In this document: one piece after another, positions 1 to 9,124 of the stretch
Layout: every line of letters starts with the position of its first letter
How positions within the stretch are numbered: the first letter of the stretch is position 1
NCBI GenBank assembly: GCA_045863235.1
Contig: BTUM01000003.1
Coordinates: 1 to 64,000, forward strand
Source: Candidatus Xenobia bacterium
Lineage (GTDB): Bacteria > Vulcanimicrobiota > Xenobia > Xenobiales > QWHO01
DNA: 64,000 bases
Direction: 5' to 3'
Position numbers and translations under genes: made by a program
The notes under the pieces: generated by a model
What the model was told of the DNA's origin: nothing
Database searches by the model: none
What the model saw: the letters and a program-made list of their open reading frames with translations, nothing else

Positions 1-118
1 CAGATCTTGGGTTAAAAGTTGAGGATCCTGGCCTTTTAGGCTGAGCGGGAATACCACCCGGTGTCGGTGAAGTTTCCCTGTCTCCCGACCAGACTTCCTG
101 ACAGACCGACTGGGACGG

Positions 119-1825
119 TTACCCCTGCTGTGCCTTCAGGTGCTCCATGGTCTCCTGGTAAGCGGTCTGGGTGACCTCGGTAAGCCCGTTCTGACCCGAG
201 AGCTGAGCGCACAGGTCGCCGAACTGGGCCTTGCGGTCCTCGTCGATCTCCTTCATCCAGGGCACCTTGGTGAAGATCTGGGGGTCGACCGAGTGGTACT
301 TCGGACCGCCCGGACCGGCGGCGGTGTCGCGCACCGAGTTGGTATCCAGGCTGATGACGAAGCTCGGCTTGAGGCGCCCGAAGAGGCCGGTCGGAGACAC
401 CAAGAACAGCTCTCTCTCCACGTTCTTCCAGGCCGTGGGCTGGTACTGCGAGCTCAACCCGGTCACGGTGCGAGCGTGCACCACGGCCGGGTCGGCCGAG
501 CCGACCCCCAGCACTTTGGCACGCTTGGTATCCCACTTGGCGCTGTCTGCCTTCTGACCCTTGGCCCGCCAGGTGGTGCCCTGCGCATCGCGCACCTTGG
601 ACTCCACCTCGACCTCCTTCACCTCGCCGTCCTTGATGGTGGAGCGGGCGCGCAGCATGCCATCGCCCTGGAGCAAGTCGTGCTGGGGGGTATCGAAGTA
701 CTCGGTATCCAGGGTGCGTGAGCCAAAGCGCCGGGCCACGAACTCTTGCGGATTTCCCTGGGCGTCCTTGAGGGTGAACCTCTGGCCGTGCAGACTGGCC
801 TTCAGAGCATCGAACTTGGCGGCCGGAACCTCGTAGGTCTTCTGGTCGTCGGTCTTGAGCGAAGCCGGCTCCTCGCCCACCGGGTGGCAGACCACTTCGC
901 AGTCAAACAGCGCGGCCAGATACTTGGCCGCGGCCTTGATCTGGGCGTCGGTCGGGCGATAGGTGCCCGAGTTGTTGTTGATGTGAAGGCGGATGCCCGG
1001 CTTGCCGTCCGGCTTCACGATGCGCTCGCCCCAGCACTCGCCCGACTGCACCACCTCGGCCGAGGCCACGCGGGCCTTCTTGCGGAAGAACATGAAAGCG
1101 TCCAGCTTCTCGTACTTGCCTTTGGCTCCGGGAATCACGGTGAAGACGTTGGGCTTGCCGAAGCCGATGGCCATCTCGTCGTTGCCCGAGAAGAGCTGGC
1201 GAATGTTGATGATGTTGGCCTTGCCGGCCGCTACCTCTTCCAGGCCGTCGGGGTTGCCCGGGCTCTTGAAAGTGTTGACCACCAGCTGGGTGCGCCCGCT
1301 GAACAGGGGATCAGGCCGCAGGAAGGAACCGCAGGCCAGTCCAGACTGAGGGTTGCTCGGCGAAGTGGCCCAGGCGGCCAGCTCGCCGGTGACCATCTCT
1401 TCTCGCAGAGCGCCGGCCAGCACCAGGCCAACCGGGGCGTCGGCGAAGGCCAGGGCCACGGTATCCAGGGTATCGGAGTGCTGATTCTTGACCAGAGCCG
1501 TGGCCTGATCGGCAAGCGTGTCAGCTACCTGGGGCTGCGTGAGGGCTTCTCGGGCGGCTCGGGCCGTGATCGGACCCAGCGACCCCCCCAGCAGGGCACC
1601 GGACAGGAAGAGGGCGGAAGCGGTCTGAGCGGGCGTCAGCCCCTGAGCGGTGAATTTGCTCTGCAGCGCAGCCACGGGAGCCTCGAGCTCGGTCTGGGCG
1701 CTGGCTTCGAAACGCTCGGCCACCCCGGTGGAGAGCGTCTGGGCCACGCGGTCGATGTCGGCGCGGCCCGAGATGCCTTTGAAGAGGTAGCTTCCGTTGA
1801 TGCCGGGGTTGAGTGTGATGTCCAT
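119..1825 (-). CDS. Multidomain hypothetical protein: central SGE...NNSGTYRP domain plus C-terminal CYTH-like domain
   Basis: 568-aa ORF, AGGAGG RBS upstream. DTEYFDTPQHDLLQGDGMLRAR resembles the CYTH signature region. Confidence 0.6.
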   Translation of the reverse strand: MDITLNPGINGSYLFKGISGRADIDRVAQTLSTGVAERFEASAQTELEAPVAALQSKFTAQGLTPAQTASALFLSGALLGGSLGPITARAAREALTQPQVADTLADQATALVKNQHSDTLDTVALAFADAPVGLVLAGALREEMVTGELAAWATSPSNPQSGLACGSFLRPDPLFSGRTQLVVNTFKSPGNPDGLEEVAAGKANIINIRQLFSGNDEMAIGFGKPNVFTVIPGAKGKYEKLDAFMFFRKKARVASAEVVQSGECWGERIVKPDGKPGIRLHINNNSGTYRPTDAQIKAAAKYLAALFDCEVVCHPVGEEPASLKTDDQKTYEVPAAKFDALKASLHGQRFTLKDAQGNPQEFVARRFGSRTLDTEYFDTPQHDLLQGDGMLRARSTIKDGEVKEVEVESKVRDAQGTTWRAKGQKADSAKWDTKRAKVLGVGSADPAVVHARTVTGLSSQYQPTAWKNVERELFLVSPTGLFGRLKPSFVISLDTNSVRDTAAGPGGPKYHSVDPQIFTKVPWMKEIDEDRKAQFGDLCAQLSGQNGLTEVTQTAYQETMEHLKAQQG

Positions 1826-1870
1826 GATACCCTCCTGTCCTTCAGAGTAGGCCAGAGGGCGGAAAATTCT

Positions 1871-3169
1871 CTAAACTTTGAACCAGCGTTTCGCCCTTTC
1901 TCGCACGAACTCGTCGGCCAGCCGGTGGGTCGCCTCGCTCAAGGTGGGATAGGGGTACACCAGCCGCTGCAAGCGATAGAGGCTGATCCGCTCGACCATG
2001 GCCAGGGTGAAGAGCGAGATCATCTCCGAGGCGTTCGGAGCCACCAGGGTGGCCGCTTGCAGGCGTCCCGTCCAGGGCTCCACCTCCAGCTCCAAAAAGC
2101 CCTCGGCCAGATCGTCAGTGTAGCCTCGATCCAGCTCATTGAGCTGGAGGCAGAGCGTGCGCCGGCCCGAAGCGGGACGGGCCAGGCGCACGCTGGCCAA
2201 CTCGGGCTCGCTGAAGACCGCCGAGGGGATGACCCAGGCCGGAGCACCGAAGGGGAGCCAGCCCAGGGCGATCTTTTGCACCACCCGCCGGCCCTGGGCA
2301 TTGGCCGAGTGGGTGAAGCGGCTGGGCGCGGTCACGTCGCCGACGGCATAGATCCCCTTGATGTCGGTGCGGCACCAGTCGTCCACCGCCAGCCCCTCGG
2401 GGCCAGGGACGAGGCCGGCCCGGTCGATATCCAGACCTTCCAGCCGGGGGAGGCGGCCCACCGCCAGCAGCACCGCGTCCACCCCGCTCAGCTCCCCCTC
2501 GGGGCGCAGCTTCAGCAGGCCGTCGGCGTAGAGGAAAGGACGGGTCTTGAAGTTCACCCGGATGCCGCTGCGCTCGAGAGCCCCCAGCATGGCCGGGCTC
2601 ACCCTTGCCGACTCGCGCGAAAGCAAGCGATCCGAGCGAACCAGCAGCGTCACCTGGCTGCCCAGTCGGCGGAAGGCGAAGGCCATCTCCAGGGCGATCA
2701 CTCCTCCGCCCACGATGACCAGGTGCTCGGGCGCGGTCTCCATGGAGAACAGGTTCTCGTTGGTGAAAGTGCGCTCGGGAGGTAGCCCGGGGATCTCCAG
2801 CAGGGCCGGTCGCGAGCCGGTGGCGATCACGATCTCGCGCGACTCGATGCGTTTACCCTGCACGTCCAGCACGTAGGGCTCGACAAAGCGCGCCCAGCCC
2901 CGCACCAGGGTCAGGTTGGGGGTGCCGTGCAGCAGCTCGGTCTCCCGGCTCGACAGCTCGGCCCGCTTGCGGCGCACTTCGGCCAGGGCCTCACCCGCGG
3001 GACGTCCCTGGCGGGCCAGGTGGATCAGGCTCTTGGACGGGATGCAGCCGGTGTTGGTGCAGTCGCCCCCGACCGGGCCTCCTTCGATCAGCGTCACCTT
3101 GCGGCCCAGCCGGGCCAGTCCCAGAGCCACCGTGAGGCCGCCCGAGCCGGCCCCGATCACCACCGTCAC
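1871..3169 (-). CDS. Pyridine nucleotide-disulfide oxidoreductase (mercuric reductase/dihydrolipoamide dehydrogenase family)
   Basis: GAGSGG FAD motif, GGDCTNTGCIPSK redox disulfide, IYAVGD, YPTLSE. GTG start overlaps the amidase stop (GTGA). Confidence 0.9.
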   Translation of the reverse strand: MTVVIGAGSGGLTVALGLARLGRKVTLIEGGPVGGDCTNTGCIPSKSLIHLARQGRPAGEALAEVRRKRAELSSRETELLHGTPNLTLVRGWARFVEPYVLDVQGKRIESREIVIATGSRPALLEIPGLPPERTFTNENLFSMETAPEHLVIVGGGVIALEMAFAFRRLGSQVTLLVRSDRLLSRESARVSPAMLGALERSGIRVNFKTRPFLYADGLLKLRPEGELSGVDAVLLAVGRLPRLEGLDIDRAGLVPGPEGLAVDDWCRTDIKGIYAVGDVTAPSRFTHSANAQGRRVVQKIALGWLPFGAPAWVIPSAVFSEPELASVRLARPASGRRTLCLQLNELDRGYTDDLAEGFLELEVEPWTGRLQAATLVAPNASEMISLFTLAMVERISLYRLQRLVYPYPTLSEATHRLADEFVRERAKRWFKV

Positions 3170-4608
3170 GGGCCGGCTGCGGCCCTCAGGAAGGCCTCGA
3201 TGCCGTCCTTGAGCCCACGAGCAGCCTGGGGGATGTAGTCCTCGCGCCCCATCCTGGCCTCTACCTCGGGGTTGGAGATGAAGTTGGACTCCACCAGCAC
3301 CGCCGGCATGCCGCTCTGACGGGTCACGTGGAACGAGCGCCAGAGGGCCATCCACTCGCTCTCGCCGGTAGCCGCCGCCAGGGGATGGGCCAGAGCCTCG
3401 GCCAGCGCGCGGCTGTGGGGACGATACGAGTAGATGTGCACCCCGTGAGCCTTGCGCCCCTTCTCCACGTCGGCCATGGCGTTGTGATGCAGGCTGACGA
3501 ACAGGTGAGCGCCCCCCTCCTCGGCCAGGCGCACGCGCGCGGCCAGCTCCTCCTCGGCCGGCGCCTCGGGAGCGGCCACGTCGCGGTCGGTGTCGCGGGT
3601 CATGATCACCCGCGCCCCCTCGCGCTCGAGCTCTTGCTTCAGGGCCAGCGCCAGGGCCAGGTTGAGGTCCTTCTCGCGGGTGAGGTTCAAGCCCACCGCC
3701 CCGCTGTCCGAGCCGCCGTGACCGGCGTCCAGGGCGATCACCAGGCCCACCAGCGGACGCCCCGTGCCGGCGCCACCGGGCCGGGGCGGATTGCTCCAGC
3801 CGCGGTGCGGGGGCGGAGTCAGGTCGAGCACCAGGTCGGGTGGCTCCCAGCGCACCTGATAGCCCCAGTTGCCCTCGGGCCCGAGAGTCAAGCGCACCTG
3901 AGCCTCCTCGGGGGTGGAGGCCAGCTGCACGGCCCGCACCCGGCGCGGCTCGGGAGCGTAGGCCACCTCGCCCATGGTCAGCCTGGCTCCGGGCAACCGC
4001 AGGGTCAGCTCGCCCTGCTCGGGCCGGCTGTCCACCTGGCAGGCCACCGGCTCACCCAGGCGCAGGCGCAGCACGGCGCGCCCCTCGGGAGTCTCGCTCA
4101 TGCGGATGCCGATCAGACGGGGCTGAGGGGCAGGAAAGCCGCCCACCTGCACGTCCTTGACAGCCACCCAGCCCGGGCCTGAGCGCAGCCACTCGTGCTG
4201 GCGCCCTTCCAGACTCAGCACCAGGCCCGCCGGCAGCGGGTCGAGCCGGTCGTACTCCTCCCCCGGCCCGCTGCGGTAGATGGCGTTGGGACGCGTGACC
4301 CGGGCGGTGGGCAGGCGCCCCGAGAGCACCCGCACCGGGCCCAGCTTCGCCTGCCGATGGCCCTGCTGGAGCCGATAGGAGCCGTTGCGCCAGCCGTTGA
4401 CCTCGACCGAGAAACGGCCCGGAGGACCCTCGGCCAGGGGGATCACCTGGCCATCCGGGGCCACCAGCCGCATCGGCTCACCGGGCGAGCCGCTGGCCTG
4501 GATCGGCACGACCTCCCCCGGACGCACCCACAGCTCCCCCTCCGGGCCCCTCAGCTCGGCCCGCAGCGGAGCCAGAAGCAGAAGGACCAGCAGCAGCGCC
4601 TTTCTCAC
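3166..4608 (-). CDS. N-acetylmuramoyl-L-alanine amidase (Amidase_3) with SH3-like/AMIN-like N-terminal region
   Basis: Signal peptide; IALDAGHGG, EKDLNL, SLHHNA and PAVLVESNFISN motifs. Confidence 0.9.
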   Translation of the reverse strand: MRKALLLVLLLLAPLRAELRGPEGELWVRPGEVVPIQASGSPGEPMRLVAPDGQVIPLAEGPPGRFSVEVNGWRNGSYRLQQGHRQAKLGPVRVLSGRLPTARVTRPNAIYRSGPGEEYDRLDPLPAGLVLSLEGRQHEWLRSGPGWVAVKDVQVGGFPAPQPRLIGIRMSETPEGRAVLRLRLGEPVACQVDSRPEQGELTLRLPGARLTMGEVAYAPEPRRVRAVQLASTPEEAQVRLTLGPEGNWGYQVRWEPPDLVLDLTPPPHRGWSNPPRPGGAGTGRPLVGLVIALDAGHGGSDSGAVGLNLTREKDLNLALALALKQELEREGARVIMTRDTDRDVAAPEAPAEEELAARVRLAEEGGAHLFVSLHHNAMADVEKGRKAHGVHIYSYRPHSRALAEALAHPLAAATGESEWMALWRSFHVTRQSGMPAVLVESNFISNPEVEARMGREDYIPQAARGLKDGIEAFLRAAAGP

Positions 4609-6623
4609 AGATCCACGTTGACCACGGCGAAAGCCTCCAGGCCGCTCTCGTGCAGCGCCGAGACCACCGCCCCGCCCGGCAACAGCCCCAGCGCCAGGCC
4701 CTCCAGGCCAGGGAAGTTGAAGACGAAGACCTGAAAGTCGTCCTGGCTCGACCAGAAGACCGCGTGGGTCAGATCCTCCGTGCTGCCGTCCGAGAAGACG
4801 CCGGTGGCGGTCAGCTGGACGGTGCCCAGGGGCTCCACCGACGAAGTTTCGGGCTCGATGAAAAGGTCCACCAGCACGGCCGGAGTGACCGTGAGGGTGG
4901 TGGCGTCGCTCAGTCCGGTGAACGGGTCGGTGGCGGTGATGGTGGCCGTGCCCAGACCTTCGGCGAAGACCAGCCCCTCCACCGGGAAGAAGTTGCCTAC
5001 CGAGGCCACCGTCTCATCCGACGAGGTCCAGGTGACCAGCCCGCTGATGTCGCGCACCTGGCCGTCCGAAAAGGTTCCCAGGGCCACGTAAATGCTGCAC
5101 TCGCCCACCGGCAGGGTGTCGGTGGGACCGGGCTCCACGTCGATCTGCTCCAGGGCGGCCTGGATGACCGTGATGCTGCCCTGGGCCTGCACGCCGCCCG
5201 GGATGGTGGCCGTGACGGAGGTGGTGCCGAAAGCCACCGTGCTGACCTCGCCCTGCGCCCCGGGAGCGTTGGAGACCTCGGCCACCGACGGGTCGGCCAC
5301 GCTCCAGGTCACCAGGTCGGTGGCGTCGATCACGGTGCCGTCGGTCAAAGTGGCCAGGGCTGTGAGCTGGCCTCCGAGGCCCAGCGGGAGGTTGAGCTGG
5401 GCCGGCTCGATGGCCAGCGACTCAACCTCGGCCGTGGTGACGGTGAACAGGGCGGTATCGCTCACGCCCTGGAAGCTGGCCGTCAGGGTGACCTGGCCGG
5501 GGGCCAGGGCGCTGGCCCGGCCGAAGTTGCCCGAGGCGTTGCCGACGGTGGCCACGGCCGGGTCGGAAGAGCTCCAGGTGGCTGAGCTGGTCAGCACCTG
5601 GGTGGTGCCGTCATTGTAGAAGCCGATCACGTCGAACTGCTGGCTCAGGCCCACCGGACGCGTCCCCGAGGAGGGCTCGACGACCAGCCGGGTCAGGGTG
5701 GCCGCGGTCACGGTGAGCAGGGTGTTGTCATTGAGCCCGCTGACCGGCTCGGTCGCCGTCAGCGTGGTGATACCGGCGCTCAGGCCGGTCACCAGGCCGG
5801 TGGAGCTGTCGATGCTGGCCACGGCAGGAGCCGAGCTGGCCCAGTTGACCTGGTTGGTGAGATCGTGGTTGCTGCCATCGGAGAAGAAGCCCACCGCCCG
5901 GACCTGGAACTTGCCCGGCCCGATGACGGGGTTGTTGGGCTCGATGAGCAGGAGCTGGAGGGTGGCCCCGGTGACCGTCAGGCTCATCGAGTCGCTCTGA
6001 TCCCCGAGCTGGGCCGTCAGGGTGGTGCTCCCGGGGGTCAGGGTGGTAGCCACCCCGAAGCTGCCCGGCCCGGCGCCCACCTGGGCCACCGACGGATTGG
6101 AGCTGGTCCAGGTCACGGCGCTGGTCACGTCGCGGGTGGTGCCGTCGAAGAACACGGCCGTGGCCTGCAGGTCCACTTCCACGCCGGCCGGCACCCGGGC
6201 GGTGACCGGAGTCACCTCCAGGCGCTCGACGACCTCGCCCACATCCACGAAGTCGGGGTCGACCACCTGCACCGTGCCGTTGGCCGGCACCACCACGGGG
6301 GTCAACCCGATGCCTTTGAGCACGCCATTCTCGAGATACTCGATCTGAAGCTGGGTGGTGCTGGTGGGGATGTTGCTCAGGAGCACCTGGCCGGCCCGGG
6401 GCCGCGTGACGGGTCCAAAGCTGTAACTCCCGGCAGCATCGAGACCCGAGAAGCGGAAGTCAGTGATGCTGGGAGGCACCGCCCGATTCTGGAGCAGGAA
6501 TTGAACCTCGATGTTGCCCACCGGCCCGGCGGGGGCAGGCGCGTTGCCCTGCGTGACGATCGTGTCGCCTCCACAGGCGACGACGAAGAGGGCTAAGAGC
6601 AAGACCAGTGAGCGACGCAGCAT
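4605..6623 (-). CDS. Lipoprotein with tandem bacterial Ig-like (Big_2) repeats
   Basis: Lipobox VVAC, GGAGG RBS, about 6 repeats of ATxxFxDGxxxDxTxxVxWxSSxxxVA. Confidence 0.85.
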   Translation of the reverse strand: MLRRSLVLLLALFVVACGGDTIVTQGNAPAPAGPVGNIEVQFLLQNRAVPPSITDFRFSGLDAAGSYSFGPVTRPRAGQVLLSNIPTSTTQLQIEYLENGVLKGIGLTPVVVPANGTVQVVDPDFVDVGEVVERLEVTPVTARVPAGVEVDLQATAVFFDGTTRDVTSAVTWTSSNPSVAQVGAGPGSFGVATTLTPGSTTLTAQLGDQSDSMSLTVTGATLQLLLIEPNNPVIGPGKFQVRAVGFFSDGSNHDLTNQVNWASSAPAVASIDSSTGLVTGLSAGITTLTATEPVSGLNDNTLLTVTAATLTRLVVEPSSGTRPVGLSQQFDVIGFYNDGTTQVLTSSATWSSSDPAVATVGNASGNFGRASALAPGQVTLTASFQGVSDTALFTVTTAEVESLAIEPAQLNLPLGLGGQLTALATLTDGTVIDATDLVTWSVADPSVAEVSNAPGAQGEVSTVAFGTTSVTATIPGGVQAQGSITVIQAALEQIDVEPGPTDTLPVGECSIYVALGTFSDGQVRDISGLVTWTSSDETVASVGNFFPVEGLVFAEGLGTATITATDPFTGLSDATTLTVTPAVLVDLFIEPETSSVEPLGTVQLTATGVFSDGSTEDLTHAVFWSSQDDFQVFVFNFPGLEGLALGLLPGGAVVSALHESGLEAFAVVNVDL

Positions 6624-6702
6624 TGGTGGAAGAAACCTCCTGTTGGAGGCAGGGCCTTCGCACGCACCGACGCGGGTCCTGCCCCGCAGGCTCGGAATTG
6701 TC

Positions 6703-8391
6703 TCAGTAGCCGGGTGGGGCGCCGGAGCCCTTGCTGCCGTTCTGATAGCCGGGATAGACCCCGCCGTCACTGCTGTCATAGGTCGGCAGGGTTCCGCTTC
6801 GCGCCGAGCCCGAGGAGTAGGAGGGCAGGCTGCTGTCGCGGTTCCCGCTGTAGCTCGGCAAACCGCCCGGATTGGCCGAGCCGCCCGAGACTGTGGGAAG
6901 CTGCGGCTCACGCGGAGTGTATTTCGTGCCCGGCACCGAGTAGTCAGGGTTGTAGGTGGACCGGGGGCGCTTTCTGTCAGGCTTGGGCTGGTCGTAGGGA
7001 CCGGTGGTCACGGGCGCTTTCGGATAGCTCGAGCTGGCGGTGGGATAACTCTTGCGCGTGGTCGTGCGGGCGGGCTCTACGGCCGGCTGACTGAAGTCCT
7101 GCGGGGCATACGTGTAGCGGGCCCGCTTCTGCTCGTTGGCCAGCTCAATCTGGCGGCGCGACTCGTTGAGGGCGGCGCGGGCCTCGCTGTCGGCCGGGTT
7201 GAGGGTGACCGCCTGCTTGAGTGCGGCGGCCGCTTCGCTGTAGCTGCCCTGACGATAGTAACTGCGACCGATCAGCGAGCTGCAGCGGGCTTTGAAGGCT
7301 TTGTCGGCCTGATGCTGCTCGCCCAGCATCAGGGCGCTGCGGGCCGAAGCCACGGCCCGCGCGTAGTCCTTGCCGGTGAAGTAGGCACGCGCTTGCTGCA
7401 GCTCGGCCTGGGCCTTCTGGCGGCCAGCTTTGTGCATCTGGCCTCGCACATTGCTCGCTTCGCTTTTGAAGACCGGATTCTGGGGGTCGGCCTTGAGCAG
7501 CCGGTCGTACTCGCGCAGCGAGGCCTCGTAGTCGCCCGCGCGCGAGCATGCATTGGCGATGAAGTAGCGAGCCTCGTTGAGGGTTGCCCGGTCGGCACCC
7601 TGGCGTTCCCAGACGCTCAGGGCCAGACGCGCTTCCGAGGCGGCTCCGCGGAAGTCGCGCTTCTGGTAGCGGGCCTGAGCGCCTTTGAAGGTGTCTTCCG
7701 GGGTCAAGCCCGGGGGCAGGGCGATGGGCTCGGCCGGCTTGACGGCGGGAGGCGGAGTGGCCGCCTGAGCGGCCAGGGGCTTGACCACTTTGGCCCACAT
7801 GAACCAGAGGCCGGGCAGGAGCAAAAGGGCCAGGACCCACTCCACCAGGCCCGGGTGGCGCCGGGGCGAGGCGTGGGTGCCAGCTTCGGGGGCCCAGCGG
7901 TCCACCAGCGTGGGAGCGGGGGGGAGCACGGGGGCGCGCGGAGCGACAACCTCCAGCTCTGGTCCGAGGTCGGGGGCCTGAGACAGGACGACCGTCGGGG
8001 GGAGCTGAGGGCGCTCAGTGCTCTCTTGGAACTGCCCGGCGTTCGGGGCAGCGGGCTCGAGGGCGGCCTGGGTCTCGACAGTCACCGGCGCGGCCTGGGG
8101 CTCGACGGCCACGGGAGCGACAACCGGGGCGGCCTGGACCACGACCGGGGTGGGCTGAGCCTGGCGAGGCGAGGGAGGGGCGACACTGGGGCCGGTTGCG
8201 GCCCGTCGGTCGACGGGCGGTGGAGGGGGCGCCGGCTCGGACCTGCGAGCGGCGGGAGGGAGCTTGCCGAACTCGACCCGTCCCCCACCCACAGCCGCGG
8301 CGCGGGGAGCCCCTTTCGCGAGCTCCACGTAGCAACTCGGGCAGACGGTCTGCACCGCCGTGTAGGTCTTCCCGCATTGAGGACAGTGCAT
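6703..8391 (-). CDS. Zinc-ribbon / Pro-rich / TM / TPR membrane protein
   Basis: CPQC..CPSC N-terminus, Pro-rich linker, one hydrophobic helix, TPR-like helices. Confidence 0.75.
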   Translation of the reverse strand: MHCPQCGKTYTAVQTVCPSCYVELAKGAPRAAAVGGGRVEFGKLPPAARRSEPAPPPPPVDRRAATGPSVAPPSPRQAQPTPVVVQAAPVVAPVAVEPQAAPVTVETQAALEPAAPNAGQFQESTERPQLPPTVVLSQAPDLGPELEVVAPRAPVLPPAPTLVDRWAPEAGTHASPRRHPGLVEWVLALLLLPGLWFMWAKVVKPLAAQAATPPPAVKPAEPIALPPGLTPEDTFKGAQARYQKRDFRGAASEARLALSVWERQGADRATLNEARYFIANACSRAGDYEASLREYDRLLKADPQNPVFKSEASNVRGQMHKAGRQKAQAELQQARAYFTGKDYARAVASARSALMLGEQHQADKAFKARCSSLIGRSYYRQGSYSEAAAALKQAVTLNPADSEARAALNESRRQIELANEQKRARYTYAPQDFSQPAVEPARTTTRKSYPTASSSYPKAPVTTGPYDQPKPDRKRPRSTYNPDYSVPGTKYTPREPQLPTVSGGSANPGGLPSYSGNRDSSLPSYSSGSARSGTLPTYDSSDGGVYPGYQNGSKGSGAPPGY

Positions 8392-8414
8392 TGCTCGAAT
8401 TTCCCTCCGCGGTT

Positions 8415-8423
8415 ATTATACCA
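8415..8423 (-). promoter_or_regulatory. Extended -10 promoter element (TGGTATAAT) for the 6703-8391 gene
   Basis: Exact TGnTATAAT upstream of a GGAGG RBS and ATG. Confidence 0.55.
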
Positions 8424-8817
8424 CTTCACTGGCCAGAATTTCCTGGCACAGCCCCACGCATTCATCGCAAATAAAGCAGGTGGGCCCAGCGATCAGCTTG
8501 CGAACCTGGTTGCGGGTCTTGCCGCAGAAGGTGCAGCGCAGCACGAATTCGGCCTCCTCGAAGATGATCCCGATCCAGTCCTCGACCCAGGTCGCGTAGC
8601 TGCCTTCGCCCTCTTCCTTGGAGGGCTGATAGGCCTCCACCTTGGTGACGGTGGCCCGTGTGCCCTGAGCGTCCAGGTCGAGCGCCCAGCCGCACTGCTC
8701 CCCTTCTCGGTAGTTGGCCAGGTGCTTGAGGGCGCCGTCGGGATAGAACTCGGCGCAGATGCCCTGCTGTCGGTCACTGACCGTCTCCCCCCTGAGGTAG
8801 CTTCGGTCGATTCGCAT
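8416..8817 (-). CDS. Small protein with C-terminal ClpX C4-type zinc finger
   Basis: [32 protein letters not shown] matches zf-C4_ClpX; no AAA+ domain. Start approximate. Confidence 0.8.
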   Translation of the reverse strand: MRIDRSYLRGETVSDRQQGICAEFYPDGALKHLANYREGEQCGWALDLDAQGTRATVTKVEAYQPSKEEGEGSYATWVEDWIGIIFEEAEFVLRCTFCGKTRNQVRKLIAGPTCFICDECVGLCQEILASEVV

Positions 8818-8941
8818 CCAGGATGGTTTCGGTCCCCCAGGCGGGCACCCTGCCGCAAAGCAAGCCAGACTGGCGATCCGAAGACGTCGGCGGGCATCGC
8901 CGATGACGTTCGGCGCCAGGCGCCCCCCGAACAGACGGGCG

Positions 8942-8997
8942 GCCTGCAAGGCTCAAGTCCTGGAGTCCCGAGACTTCAGGACTTGAGCCTTGCAGGC
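8942..8997. repeat. 26-bp inverted repeat (one mismatch, 4-nt loop) in a divergent intergenic region
   Basis: gcctgcaaggctcaagtcctggagtc-ccga-gacttcaggacttgagccttgcaggc. Confidence 0.85.
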
Positions 8998-9124
8998 GTG
9001 GCCACGCCGGTATTTTTCCCCATGACAGCCTCCTTTGTACCACTCGGAGGTCGGGTTCCTCCTGAGGCGGCCCACGGTTCCAGGCTGACCGAGGAGACCC
9101 GTCCCGCACGGGGAAGAGCAGTGA

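Noticed and set aside
1871..3169. merA call
   Set aside because: No C-terminal Cys-Cys pair and no mer operon context; left at family level.
8903..8986. Short [30 protein letters not shown] as MNIO precursor
   Set aside because: No RBS or signal peptide; its single Cys comes from the palindrome arm.
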